Positions 1-8,229 of a stretch of DNA of 11,614 nt are shown here, piece after piece. A program made the position numbers and the translations under genes. The first letter of the stretch is position 1; each line of letters starts with the position of its first letter. Under the pieces are notes generated by a model. That model was not told where the DNA came from, made no database searches, and was given only the letters and a program-made list of their open reading frames with translations. The DNA is from Candidatus Hodarchaeum mangrovi (lineage in GTDB: Archaea; Asgardarchaeota; Heimdallarchaeia; Hodarchaeales; Hodarchaeaceae): positions 1-11,614 of the forward strand of contig JAEOUE010000050.1 in assembly GCA_016839515.1 (NCBI GenBank), read 5' to 3'.

Positions 1-111
1 AGTCCACCCAAATGATTAAATTTATTTGAAGATACAACCGTGAGATTAATAAGTTGATAGAATTAGGAAATGGGAAAATTGTATCTTTAACAACATTGAA
101 GGAATAAGAAA

Positions 112-963
112 ATGAAAGACAAAGTATGTTTGATCACTGGTGCGACCTCAGGTATTGGTAAAGCCACTGCCTTAGCTTTGGCAAGTACAGGGGCAACAAT
201 AGTTATTATTGGTCGGAATGAAGAGAAATTAAAAACAATTATGAAAGAACTTCAGCAAAAAACAGGAAATCAACAGATTGATTTTATTATTGCTGATCTT
301 TCTTCGCAAAAGGATGTTCATAACCTTGTTCAAACATTTAAAACAAGGTATCAAAAATTACATGTGTTGATTAATAATGCGGGCCTCGCATTAACAAAAA
401 GACAGGTCACGGTCGACGGATTAGAGATGACTCTTGCTGTCAACTATTTGAGTCGATTTTTACTCACGAATTTATTAATAGACGTGTTGAAAAGGAGTTC
501 TCCTGCTCGAATCATAAATGTTGCCGGTGCTTATCATGCTAAAGGGGAGATTCACTTTGAAGATATTAATTTAGAACATGGTTACACTAGTTCAAGAGCG
601 AACAGTCAAACCAAATTAGCAGATGTACTCTTTACATACAAGCTCGCTCGTCAATTAGAAGGATCTAAGGTTACAGTGAATTGTTTGCATCCTGGAGCAG
701 TAAGAACAGGATCTATATATAAAGATGAAAACACTCCACATTATATGAAATTCATGTATAAGCTCTTCAGTCCATTCTTTCAATCTCCAGAGAAGGGAGC
801 TGAAACTACTATTTTTTTAGCTACCTCACCTGAAGTAGATGGAATAACTGGAAAATATTTTGTAAATAAAAAAATAAAAAAAAGTGCTGAGAAGACTTAT
901 GATACAGATCTTCAAAATCGACTTTGGAAGATCAGTAGTCAATTAACAAACTTAGCAGAGTAA
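112..963 (+). CDS. SDR family NAD(P)-dependent oxidoreductase (retinol dehydrogenase/WWOX-like subgroup) with atypical active site
   Basis: TGATSGIG Rossmann motif, ADLSS, LINNAG, AVNYL, VTVNCLHPGAV and SPEKGAET are typical of this SDR subgroup. The YxxxK position reads NSQTK and the NVSS position reads NVAG. Confidence 0.93.
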   Translation: MKDKVCLITGATSGIGKATALALASTGATIVIIGRNEEKLKTIMKELQQKTGNQQIDFIIADLSSQKDVHNLVQTFKTRYQKLHVLINNAGLALTKRQVTVDGLEMTLAVNYLSRFLLTNLLIDVLKRSSPARIINVAGAYHAKGEIHFEDINLEHGYTSSRANSQTKLADVLFTYKLARQLEGSKVTVNCLHPGAVRTGSIYKDENTPHYMKFMYKLFSPFFQSPEKGAETTIFLATSPEVDGITGKYFVNKKIKKSAEKTYDTDLQNRLWKISSQLTNLAE

Positions 964-1041
964 ACCACTAAAAGCTAAGAATAATCCACTATTGATTTAA
1001 TAGATTTTTCAATCTTATTTTACAAAGAAAAACATAATCTT

Positions 1042-3438
1042 TCACGAGACCATTCGATTACGAAGCATGTTAGCAAGAGAAGTATTCCAAGTTTTCCAAA
1101 CATAAACACATGTGGAGAAGAATACACACAAAATGATGGTTCCTACAACTACTCCCCAGAGCTCCAGAGGAACTTCTCCTGGGATATACCAATTAGGGAT
1201 TAAATAACTATATGTAGGCTTTAGTATAGCTAAACTGATCGGAACACCTATCAAAAGCCCCGCTATTCCATACATAAGATTTTCTACAAAAATTATCTTG
1301 ATAATCGTTCTACGTTTAGCTCCTAATGCTCGTAGTGCCAAAAATTCTAATTCACGGCCTAGAAGGGCCATTGACATGCTTGAGAAGGAGAAAAGTACAA
1401 GTGTTCCTAGTCCCAGTGCAGCAATTACTAATAAAATAGCAAAAGATGCTTCAACTATTTGTTTGATACCTTTCAAGGTTTCACTAGTCTCAATATAGGC
1501 ATAAGGTTGGAGAAATTCCTGGATAGAGCTCTGGATTTCTTCTTTCTCTTCTTCTTCAATAGAGTCTTCATAAGTAAAAATGATTCCACTAACAAAATCA
1601 TTAAGTGGAGTATGCATTCCTAATGCTTCAATTGACCAAAGAAGACTCATATCAGCCATTTCTCCTGTAACTCCTATAATTTCAACAGTAATATTTGAAA
1701 TTAAATCTAAGCTAAAGGTGATTGTATCTCCAAGAGTTAAATTCAGGTTTTTGAATAAAACACTGCCTATTAAAATTTCATTTTCTGAAAAATCCTTCGA
1801 TCCTTCAATAATATTATAATTTCTCAATTCACTATCCTCATGGAAAGCATTTAACAAAACTCGCTCAGTTCCTATCCAAACATAAGTAGAAATGAATCCT
1901 TCAGCTCGGTTAATCCCTGAAATATTCGCATTTATCCATTCGAGTAGAATTAGTTCGGATGTAGGTTGTCTTAAGACAATCTGAACATCATATTTTTCAT
2001 TTTGAATATAATTTCGATCCATGCCTAAAATGTAGTCATAAGCTAAGCTACTGGAAATAATTAAGATTATCATGGACGCAGTGATCGCAATACTTGTTGT
2101 AAATGATCGTTTTTTATTCATAAAGACTGATCGTAAGGGAATTTTTGAAGTGAACTTGCTTAACAACCCAATGGGGGATATAATTGTCTCTAGTACTGGA
2201 ACTTTCCCTAATTCACTGCTAGAATAAGGAGCACTCAGGGCCTCAACTGGAGTCAAACGAAAAATGGGAAGAATTGCAAGAAACGATGAAATCAATACTA
2301 CAGTGAAAGCAAGAATTACACCTATGACACATATACTTGGATCGAGAATTGATTTTGTCACAACTAGCCCCACTAATACATTAACATTTACTTGTTCCAA
2401 TATAACAGTAACAAGAAAACCTGCACCAATTAATCCAAGGAATATTCCTATAGTGGAGAGAATGATACTAAAACTTAAATAAACTCTTAATAATTCTCTT
2501 TTTTGAGCTCCTAATGCTCCAAATAATCCTATATGAGTTTTTTGAGATACAATTAGCTTTGATATAGAATTATAGATTGCTATAGCTCCTGTTATTAAAC
2601 CAAATAGACCAAAAACCATGCCTAGTTTATCAAAGGTATTCATTCGTAAATCGAAGAATTTTCCATCAGGAGTATTATCCCAATGAATTACTTTTTTAAT
2701 TTTATCCGACCCAATAGCACTTGAAATTATTCTATCGGCTTCTTGACTTGCTTCATGTGAACGTTCACTGATTTTGACCAGAATTTCATTTATACCATTA
2801 ACTTGAAGCATAGATTGTAGACGCTCAAGGGGAAAATAAATAATACATAGCTCTCCAAGAGATGGGACATCAGTTTGTTCATTAACAACGAAAGAGTAAT
2901 CACTATCAGCAACTATTCCTCCAATGAATACATTAACGGTCGAATTCAGGAAATTAATGGTAAGAGAATCATTTAATTCAGCATTTTCTCCAACAGCAAT
3001 TTGTTTAGTAAAATGTTGTTCAACTAAAATTTCATTCGCAAGAAGCTGTTTTGTCCCCTTTAAGAGATGTAATTTATTTATTTGATTATTTTCAAGATCA
3101 ACACCAATTAGATAAGCACTATGAATCTCTTCTTCAAAAATTACTGAAGAATAAAGAAATATTCTTCCTTCGAAATCTAAAATATCCGCACTTTGTTTAT
3201 CTAACTCACTTATTGTACTTGTTATGTTTTCAAGGGTATCAAAATTATTTAATCTTATTCGAAGATCTGCATTAGATAATTCTTTGTTATTAGCTGCTCG
3301 TGAAGCTACTGCGGAGCTTTTTAAATTAATTAAGCCTACTCCCATTGAAATTGTTACAAATATTATTAATATAATAATTAAAGAGCGAAATTTATGGAGT
3401 CTGATCTCACGAAGAATCTTTTTAGTAAGGATTCTCAA
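1042..3438 (-). CDS. ABC transporter permease, MacB/FtsX-like with two fused repeats
   Basis: About 800 aa with two repeats of TM + large extracytoplasmic loop + 3 TMs; the FtsX-type signatures IGLFGALGAQKREL and LALRALGAKRRTI occur once per repeat. It overlaps the ATPase gene end. AGGTGA (3450-3445) sits 6 nt before TTG 3438, favouring that start over TTG 3444. Confidence 0.92.
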   Translation of the reverse strand: MRILTKKILREIRLHKFRSLIIILIIFVTISMGVGLINLKSSAVASRAANNKELSNADLRIRLNNFDTLENITSTISELDKQSADILDFEGRIFLYSSVIFEEEIHSAYLIGVDLENNQINKLHLLKGTKQLLANEILVEQHFTKQIAVGENAELNDSLTINFLNSTVNVFIGGIVADSDYSFVVNEQTDVPSLGELCIIYFPLERLQSMLQVNGINEILVKISERSHEASQEADRIISSAIGSDKIKKVIHWDNTPDGKFFDLRMNTFDKLGMVFGLFGLITGAIAIYNSISKLIVSQKTHIGLFGALGAQKRELLRVYLSFSIILSTIGIFLGLIGAGFLVTVILEQVNVNVLVGLVVTKSILDPSICVIGVILAFTVVLISSFLAILPIFRLTPVEALSAPYSSSELGKVPVLETIISPIGLLSKFTSKIPLRSVFMNKKRSFTTSIAITASMIILIISSSLAYDYILGMDRNYIQNEKYDVQIVLRQPTSELILLEWINANISGINRAEGFISTYVWIGTERVLLNAFHEDSELRNYNIIEGSKDFSENEILIGSVLFKNLNLTLGDTITFSLDLISNITVEIIGVTGEMADMSLLWSIEALGMHTPLNDFVSGIIFTYEDSIEEEEKEEIQSSIQEFLQPYAYIETSETLKGIKQIVEASFAILLVIAALGLGTLVLFSFSSMSMALLGRELEFLALRALGAKRRTIIKIIFVENLMYGIAGLLIGVPISLAILKPTYSYLIPNWYIPGEVPLELWGVVVGTIILCVFFSTCVYVWKTWNTSLANMLRNRMVS

Positions 3439-4144
3439 CTGCAATCACCTTATTTGATTCAAAGGATTCAATATGACCGTCTCGCAGATGAAAAACACGG
3501 TCTGCTTTTTTTGTCATGCTCACATCATGACTTACTACAATATACGTTCCCCCAAATTCTTGATTAAGCTCCTTCATTAAATTAGCTATTTTTTGTCCTG
3601 TTACAAAATCCAAATTTCCCGTTGGTTCATCAGCGACTATCAAATCAGGATTTTTTACAAGTGCACGTGCAATAGCTACTCTTTGCTGTTCACCACCTGA
3701 CAATTGACTTGGAAATCTATCAATCTTATCACCAAGCCCAACAGCGTCTAAAATGGATATACAATGAGTTTTTATCATTTTTCTCTTCCCTTGAAATTCT
3801 AGGGCTAATCCAACATTTTCCCACACTCTTAAAGAAGGAATGAGATTAAAAAATTGAAATATCCATCCTACTTTGTTTCTCCTATATTCCGCTAATTTAT
3901 TAGCAGACCATTCAGTAATTTCAATTCCTTTAATTTTGATACTCCCATGGGTGGGGGAATCGATACCACCAATTTGATTTAAGAGGGTAGTTTTACCTGA
4001 CCCACTAGGTCCAAGTACTACAACAAATTCCCCTTTATAGATCTCCATCGATATTCCACGAAGTGCCTTTACTACGATACCATCTCCCATTTGAAATTCA
4101 CGATGGAGATCTGATATCGATATAAGTATTTCTTTTGACTCCAT
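3422..4144 (-). CDS. ABC transporter ATP-binding protein, LolD/MacB/FtsE-like
   Basis: Walker [10 protein letters not shown]-loop IFQFFNL, signature [15 protein letters not shown], Walker B/D-loop [12 protein letters not shown]-loop VVSHD. AGTGA lies 6 nt before the ATG. Confidence 0.96.
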   Translation of the reverse strand: MESKEILISISDLHREFQMGDGIVVKALRGISMEIYKGEFVVVLGPSGSGKTTLLNQIGGIDSPTHGSIKIKGIEITEWSANKLAEYRRNKVGWIFQFFNLIPSLRVWENVGLALEFQGKRKMIKTHCISILDAVGLGDKIDRFPSQLSGGEQQRVAIARALVKNPDLIVADEPTGNLDFVTGQKIANLMKELNQEFGGTYIVVSHDVSMTKKADRVFHLRDGHIESFESNKVIAVENPY

Positions 4145-4253
4145 ATTTAGTCACTAGGTCTTTCTAGTTATTTAATGACCTGATTGCCTTATTCCTATTT
4201 TTGGAATAAATACATTTTGTTTTCGGTAATTAATAAAAATAGTTTAAAAACAT

Positions 4254-4312
4254 AGAAATATCGTGTTTTAGCATTTTTTTTGGCAAAACTATACCTTTAG
4301 AGCGATATTTCG
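4254..4312. promoter_or_regulatory. Candidate operator pair in the ABC/PadR-like divergent promoter
   Basis: GAAATATCG (4255-4263) is the exact reverse complement of CGATATTTC (4303-4311); each site resembles the quasi-palindrome CGA-N4-TCG. Confidence 0.35.
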
Positions 4313-4351
4313 AAAAGTATAATAAGTAAAGATAGAATATAGAAACCAAAC

Positions 4352-5251
4352 TTGGAGGAGAATATACTGGATAGAACACGAGCAGTTTCATTTACAGATT
4401 TTGCAGACATATCATTTCTTCAATTATACATCATTTCATTATTAATTTCATTAGGACCTAAGGAGCCTATCAGATTTGAACTATTGAATCAAATTAATGA
4501 CGTTCTTTTTAAAGATAAACCGATCTCCCCCTCAAAATTTTACAATGAAATGAATAAACTAAAAAAAAAGGGATTAATAGACTATCAGGAGGAAACAGGC
4601 AATATTAAACGAGTTAAGGGAACTTCACTTGCAAAGAGGTTAGTAAAACAATTTAATTTCCTAATGCTTTTAGGAAGTATTGATTTTGAAGAGATCCTAA
4701 CAGAAATCCTTCCAGAATTGACAATTTTTACTAAAATGGAACCAGTTCAGAGTTTTTTGATAATACATTTTCAAGAGCTATTAGTAGATGTGATATTCAG
4801 AGATTTCTATTTAAAATATTCGAAAGAACTTTATATTCTGGCTACTGATCAGGCTTATGAAAGATATATAAAGAGAGGAGTTCCTGTTCATCAATCGAGG
4901 TTTCACGATACCAAAAAGATGATTCGTGAAGTCACCCATACCTTTGATGCAACTTTTTTAGTCCGCTATCATCCAACGACTCAGAATTTTGGCCTGTCTG
5001 AAAGAGAACTTCTAAAGGAGGGTATGCGAGTAACCAAATCCAAAGGAAAAGTTATTATAATTGCACTAGAGGAAATTCCTTTTCAAAAAAATGTCTTTCT
5101 TGAAGGGTTTCGAAATTCTATCCAAACATATCCATTATTTCCTTCTATTACTGAGGAACGCCTTAGAGCTGATTTGACGGAATCAGGTTTAAATATGGTT
5201 CAGCTTCGGAATTTTGGGGGATTACTTGTTGGTTGGGGAATAAATCCTTAA
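4352..5251 (+). CDS. PadR-like winged-helix regulator fused to a degenerate class I methyltransferase-like domain
   Basis: The N-terminal LYIISLL...FELLNQIN...ISPSKFYNEMNKLKKKGLI...GTSLAK resembles a PadR/wHTH. The C-terminal TFDATF...LLKEGMRVTKSKGKVIII...LRADLTESGL resembles the class I SAM-MTase C-terminal half but has no Gly-rich motif I. Divergent from the ABC operon. Start uncertain (TTG 4352 or CTG 4367). Confidence 0.7.
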   Translation: MEENILDRTRAVSFTDFADISFLQLYIISLLISLGPKEPIRFELLNQINDVLFKDKPISPSKFYNEMNKLKKKGLIDYQEETGNIKRVKGTSLAKRLVKQFNFLMLLGSIDFEEILTEILPELTIFTKMEPVQSFLIIHFQELLVDVIFRDFYLKYSKELYILATDQAYERYIKRGVPVHQSRFHDTKKMIREVTHTFDATFLVRYHPTTQNFGLSERELLKEGMRVTKSKGKVIIIALEEIPFQKNVFLEGFRNSIQTYPLFPSITEERLRADLTESGLNMVQLRNFGGLLVGWGINP

Positions 5252-5393
5252 ATAACTGAAGACTTTGGAGAAAAAAGCTTTTTAAAAATTGATAAGGATA
5301 ATTTTCTTCTTCTTTCACAATTTTTATTTCTAAGAGTTCAGGGAAAAGATAATGATAGATAAAAATCTTTTCAGCTAATAAGGTCTCTTATAT

Positions 5394-5852
5394 TTATAAA
5401 CTCTCATTCTCTAAGAGTTTTTTAAGATTTTCACCTTCTTCCCTCATATGATTTGCTACCATTTCAATCCTATTTTTGGCAAATTTTTGGAAGAACCACC
5501 CAAACCTAAATGAAAGTGTAGCTGTAAATATAGATCTTTCTTCCTCTGGTTCGATGATAAATGAACCTTTGGGACATATAAGTGACATTGGGAATAGAAC
5601 TTTAAACTCAATATTGTTGTATGGCTCTTTTTTTGTACTTTGAAATTTCATTTTATGGAGGTCATGATGTAAATATTCTTCACAATAAAGAATAGATCCA
5701 ACCTCAAATGGTTGTCCCTTAATCCAGTTGCATTTGACATGGTCTTTATGCCATTTTTTATAATCATCCTCTGATGAAAATGCTTTAATCAGACCATTGA
5801 ACACTTTTTCAGGAGTTGTTCTAATTTCTATAGAATCTTTTAGAGTTACCAT
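5394..5852 (-). CDS. SRPBCC (START/polyketide cyclase-like) family protein
   Basis: LKDSIEIRTTPEKVF start, YKKWHKDH, beta-rich middle and a C-terminal helix HMREEGENLKKLLE are typical of SRPBCC. ATG 5852 is preferred over TTG 5867. Confidence 0.85.
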   Translation of the reverse strand: MVTLKDSIEIRTTPEKVFNGLIKAFSSEDDYKKWHKDHVKCNWIKGQPFEVGSILYCEEYLHHDLHKMKFQSTKKEPYNNIEFKVLFPMSLICPKGSFIIEPEEERSIFTATLSFRFGWFFQKFAKNRIEMVANHMREEGENLKKLLENESL

Positions 5853-5878
5853 AAAACTCAAACTCAATAAGTAAAAAT

Positions 5879-6667
5879 CTATTTTAAAATCATAGGGGCA
5901 CCGATTAATGCAAAATCTTCTGCAATTTGCGATACTTCATGACGTAATCCATTCAGAAAGTCCTCATTCCTCCAAGGTTTGGGGAAAATCTTCATAAGAT
6001 TAGGTTTGATTCTCCGGATACCTGGAATATTCTCTTCATATGTTGTATTTTTGGATTCTATTGCAATTTCATTTAAAAATATCTCATTAAAAAATTCACA
6101 CATTAAGACTCTCATTGGTGAAGGAACATAATAGAATTCTTCATATTTCTCCGCTGCCTTCCTCAACATAACCAATGGTTCTTTTAGTGGCAAAATGAGT
6201 TGTGTAAGCATTCTACCCCGAGCAAAAGCTTGACGACTTTGTCCAGTATAGTTATTTTGAATATGCAATGCAGAAAAAGAAAATTCTAGTAGATTTTCAC
6301 TGGCAATCATAAAAGTATTAAAAGAAGGAAATACAAATGGTTCAGTATTGAAATGATTATCAAGCCATTTTTTCTCTGGAATGACAAACCCAGTTAAATA
6401 TCTGAAATCTGTTGATATAATTTTTTCTTTTAATGAAAATTTGGTATAAAATATTCCTATACCATGAAATAAAAGATATGAATATCTATAAAGAATTAAA
6501 CGTGAAAAATCTACAGGAATAAATATGACACTAGATGTTTCAATGGAATTAACAGTCTTATCTTTATAAATCCATTTTAAATCTGATGGTTTGTCAGGAT
6601 CAGCAAAAGAAATCCAATCTGGTATTACGATTAATGATCTTAGCATTCCTAGAGGTTGTTTTTTCAT
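5879..6667 (-). CDS. Hypothetical protein (262 aa, no recognised family)
   Basis: Long ATG-initiated ORF in AT-rich DNA with no competing ORF; AGGT is upstream of the ATG and a TTTTTAAT TATA-like box lies near 6709-6702. Confidence 0.75.
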   Translation of the reverse strand: MKKQPLGMLRSLIVIPDWISFADPDKPSDLKWIYKDKTVNSIETSSVIFIPVDFSRLILYRYSYLLFHGIGIFYTKFSLKEKIISTDFRYLTGFVIPEKKWLDNHFNTEPFVFPSFNTFMIASENLLEFSFSALHIQNNYTGQSRQAFARGRMLTQLILPLKEPLVMLRKAAEKYEEFYYVPSPMRVLMCEFFNEIFLNEIAIESKNTTYEENIPGIRRIKPNLMKIFPKPWRNEDFLNGLRHEVSQIAEDFALIGAPMILK

Positions 6668-6738
6668 ATTAAATCTACCTTTTTAGAACTTTACGTACTT
6701 GATTAAAAAGGTTTAGAGCAACGAGTAGAGAATAATAA

Positions 6739-6824
6739 GATATTGCTTTTATCAGCCTTATAAACAATTTTGAAGCTGTTGTTTTAATTTCTATTGAATC
6801 TTTTCGTGTTATCCTAAAACTCAA
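6739..6824 (-). pseudogene. Degenerate duplicate of the SRPBCC 5' end
   Basis: Gapless match to 5776-5861 (67/86 nt by manual count). It translates RITRKDSIEIKTTASKLFIRLIKAIS versus MVTLKDSIEIRTTPEKVFNGLIKAFS; the ATG has become AGG (6815-6813). Confidence 0.85.
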
Positions 6825-6885
6825 CTCCTTCATATATTATAATATATAAATGGCTTTTTAGATAAACAAACACGCGTCCATCCTT

Positions 6886-7213
6886 CTTTCAGGTGACCCC
6901 TATACCAACAAGGAAGGGCCCGATAAAGAAGCCCCGATCAGTGCCACACATAGAGCAAAAACCCCGGTACTTTTTCAACACGGAGAAAACGATTCACAGG
7001 TTCCAGTAATAAGCGCCATGGAAATGTTCAGGGCATTGAAATCTAGGTTGTTGAAACGAAGCTAATCGTGTATCCAAGTATGGGCCATGTGATACTGAAA
7101 CTGCGTAAAACTATGCTCTCATGGTTCAGAACTACCGCTGGTTTACACATTACTTGCTAGGAGAAGAAATCGATCTGTTCATAGATGATACAGGTGCTAA
7201 ACTTTCGAAATGA
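6886..7213 (+). pseudogene. 3' remnant of an S9 (prolyl oligopeptidase/acylaminoacyl peptidase family) serine peptidase with two frameshifts
   Basis: Stitched translation: LSGDPYTNKEGPDKEAPISATHRAKTPVLFQHGENDSQVPVISAMEMFRALKS / VVETKLIVYPSMGHVILKLR / NYALMVQNYRWFTHYLLGEEIDLFIDDTGAKLSK*. The catalytic Asp (HGEND) and His (YPxMGH) motifs are present. Frame shifts of -1 occur near 7046 and 7108. An in-frame TAG lies at 6859-6861, and no GxSxG or N-terminal domain is present. Confidence 0.85.
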
Positions 7214-7419
7214 ACAGGTTCGTCGGTTTGAAAAGGCCAACCTCACTATCTATCCAATCTATGCATTTATTTTCAAGTAACACGTTAAGTATCACTGATG
7301 ACCCTTTTTCTATCCAGAATAAATCTGCAAATTTGGCCACTACGCCTGGCTTGAGTAGCAGCGTGCTTCTAATAGCACTTGCAATGTTGATAGGGGTAAA
7401 GAAAAGCAGGAAAAAGTAA
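7210..7419 (+). pseudogene. Short ORF or fragment ending in a PGF-CTERM-like sorting signal
   Basis: The C-terminus TTPGLSSSVLLIALAMLIGVKKSRKK* has the tripartite TPG motif + hydrophobic helix + basic tail layout. No evident signal peptide, so it is probably the tail of a lost surface-protein gene. Confidence 0.45.
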
Positions 7420-7740
7420 CTTCACATCTCTACTAACCAAGGCACCAAACATTATCAACGAAAAGCTGCAACTGAACTGAATTGTTATGAACAGTAATTG
7501 ACTTGACCAACTGGATGATGATTTTTGTTGACGGGATTTGGAGAATTTCTATTCTTCCACCATCATTTTATCAATTTTTTCAGCTTTTTCACTCCATTAG
7601 TTAGCCTATATTACTTTATCCTGCTGAGTAACAGGACACGCGTGACCAAGGTACTTCAATAACATCAGACCTGTTGCCAGTAGAAGAGGTTTAATGTTTT
7701 TATATTCAGTTAATAGAATTATTCAATAGTTAATAAAGAA

Positions 7741-8142
7741 TTATATTTCGTGACATGCGTGAACAGTCCATTCAATAAGTGGTAGGAGACTGTTTCGTAG
7801 TCCTATGCCTCTTGGAGTTAAAAAATACTCAACTCGGGGAGGAATTTCAGTAAATTGTTCTCTATTGAGGAGTTTGATTTCTTCAAGCTCTCTCAGTCGA
7901 GAAGATAATGTTGTATCGCTTATCACATCTGAAGTTATCCCGTTAACTCGTGTTTTAATCTCTGAATATCTTAATCTTTTAATTGTACCCCTAGATTCAT
8001 CAGATTCAATGGGAAAAATCATTATAATAAATATCATCCATTTTTTACTTATTGATCGTAAGTATTTTATAAGTGGTTTTAAGCAAATACCATTAATATT
8101 AACTGGTAAGCATTTTTGAACCATTTGTAGTTGAGTATCCAA
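7741..8142 (-). CDS. HxlR family (MarR/DUF24) winged-helix transcriptional regulator
   Basis: SKKWMIFII, LRYSEI, ISDTTLSSRLRELEE, REQFTEIPPRVEYFLTPRG and LLPLIEW are hallmark HxlR motifs. TTG start preceded by GGTGGA. Cys11, Cys20 and Cys130 are present. Confidence 0.93.
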   Translation of the reverse strand: MDTQLQMVQKCLPVNINGICLKPLIKYLRSISKKWMIFIIMIFPIESDESRGTIKRLRYSEIKTRVNGITSDVISDTTLSSRLRELEEIKLLNREQFTEIPPRVEYFLTPRGIGLRNSLLPLIEWTVHACHEI

Positions 8143-8216
8143 TTCTTAATTCCACCAAAGAAACTAACAATGTTATTAGTAAAGGATTTATTAAGCTTTA
8201 GTTTTTAAAGCTAATC

Positions 8217-8229
8217 ACTTTATTAAAGT
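8217..8229. promoter_or_regulatory. Candidate HxlR operator ACTTTA-T-TAAAGT
   Basis: Perfect 6-1-6 palindrome (ACT-N7-AGT layout) in the divergent HxlR/small-ORF promoter, downstream of the TATA-like TTTATTAA (8187-8194). Confidence 0.45.

Noticed and set aside
1-111. Possible 3' end of an upstream gene
   Set aside because: All three plus-strand frames stop within the first 30 nt, leaving too little sequence to identify.
1298-3457. Plus-strand ORFs 1298-1498, 1580-1819, 2264-2482, 3051-3275 and 3224-3457
   Set aside because: Antisense shadows of the well-supported ABC permease, with no recognisable motifs.
5272-5372. AAAAAGCTTTTT palindrome and GAAAAGAT...ATCTTTTC hairpin between convergent genes
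   Set aside because: AT-only or weak stems expected by chance at this composition; cannot be supported as terminators.
7040-7115. Programmed ribosomal frameshifting in the S9 fragment
   Set aside because: No canonical slippery heptamer, two separate shifts would be needed, and the gene lacks its start and nucleophile; decay or sequencing error is simpler.
7548-7698. Minus-strand NIKPLLLATGLMLLKYLG...WSEKAEKIDKMM, faintly like an isocitrate/isopropylmalate dehydrogenase C-terminus
   Set aside because: Short, interrupted by stops and too weak to call by eye; a translated search would be needed.
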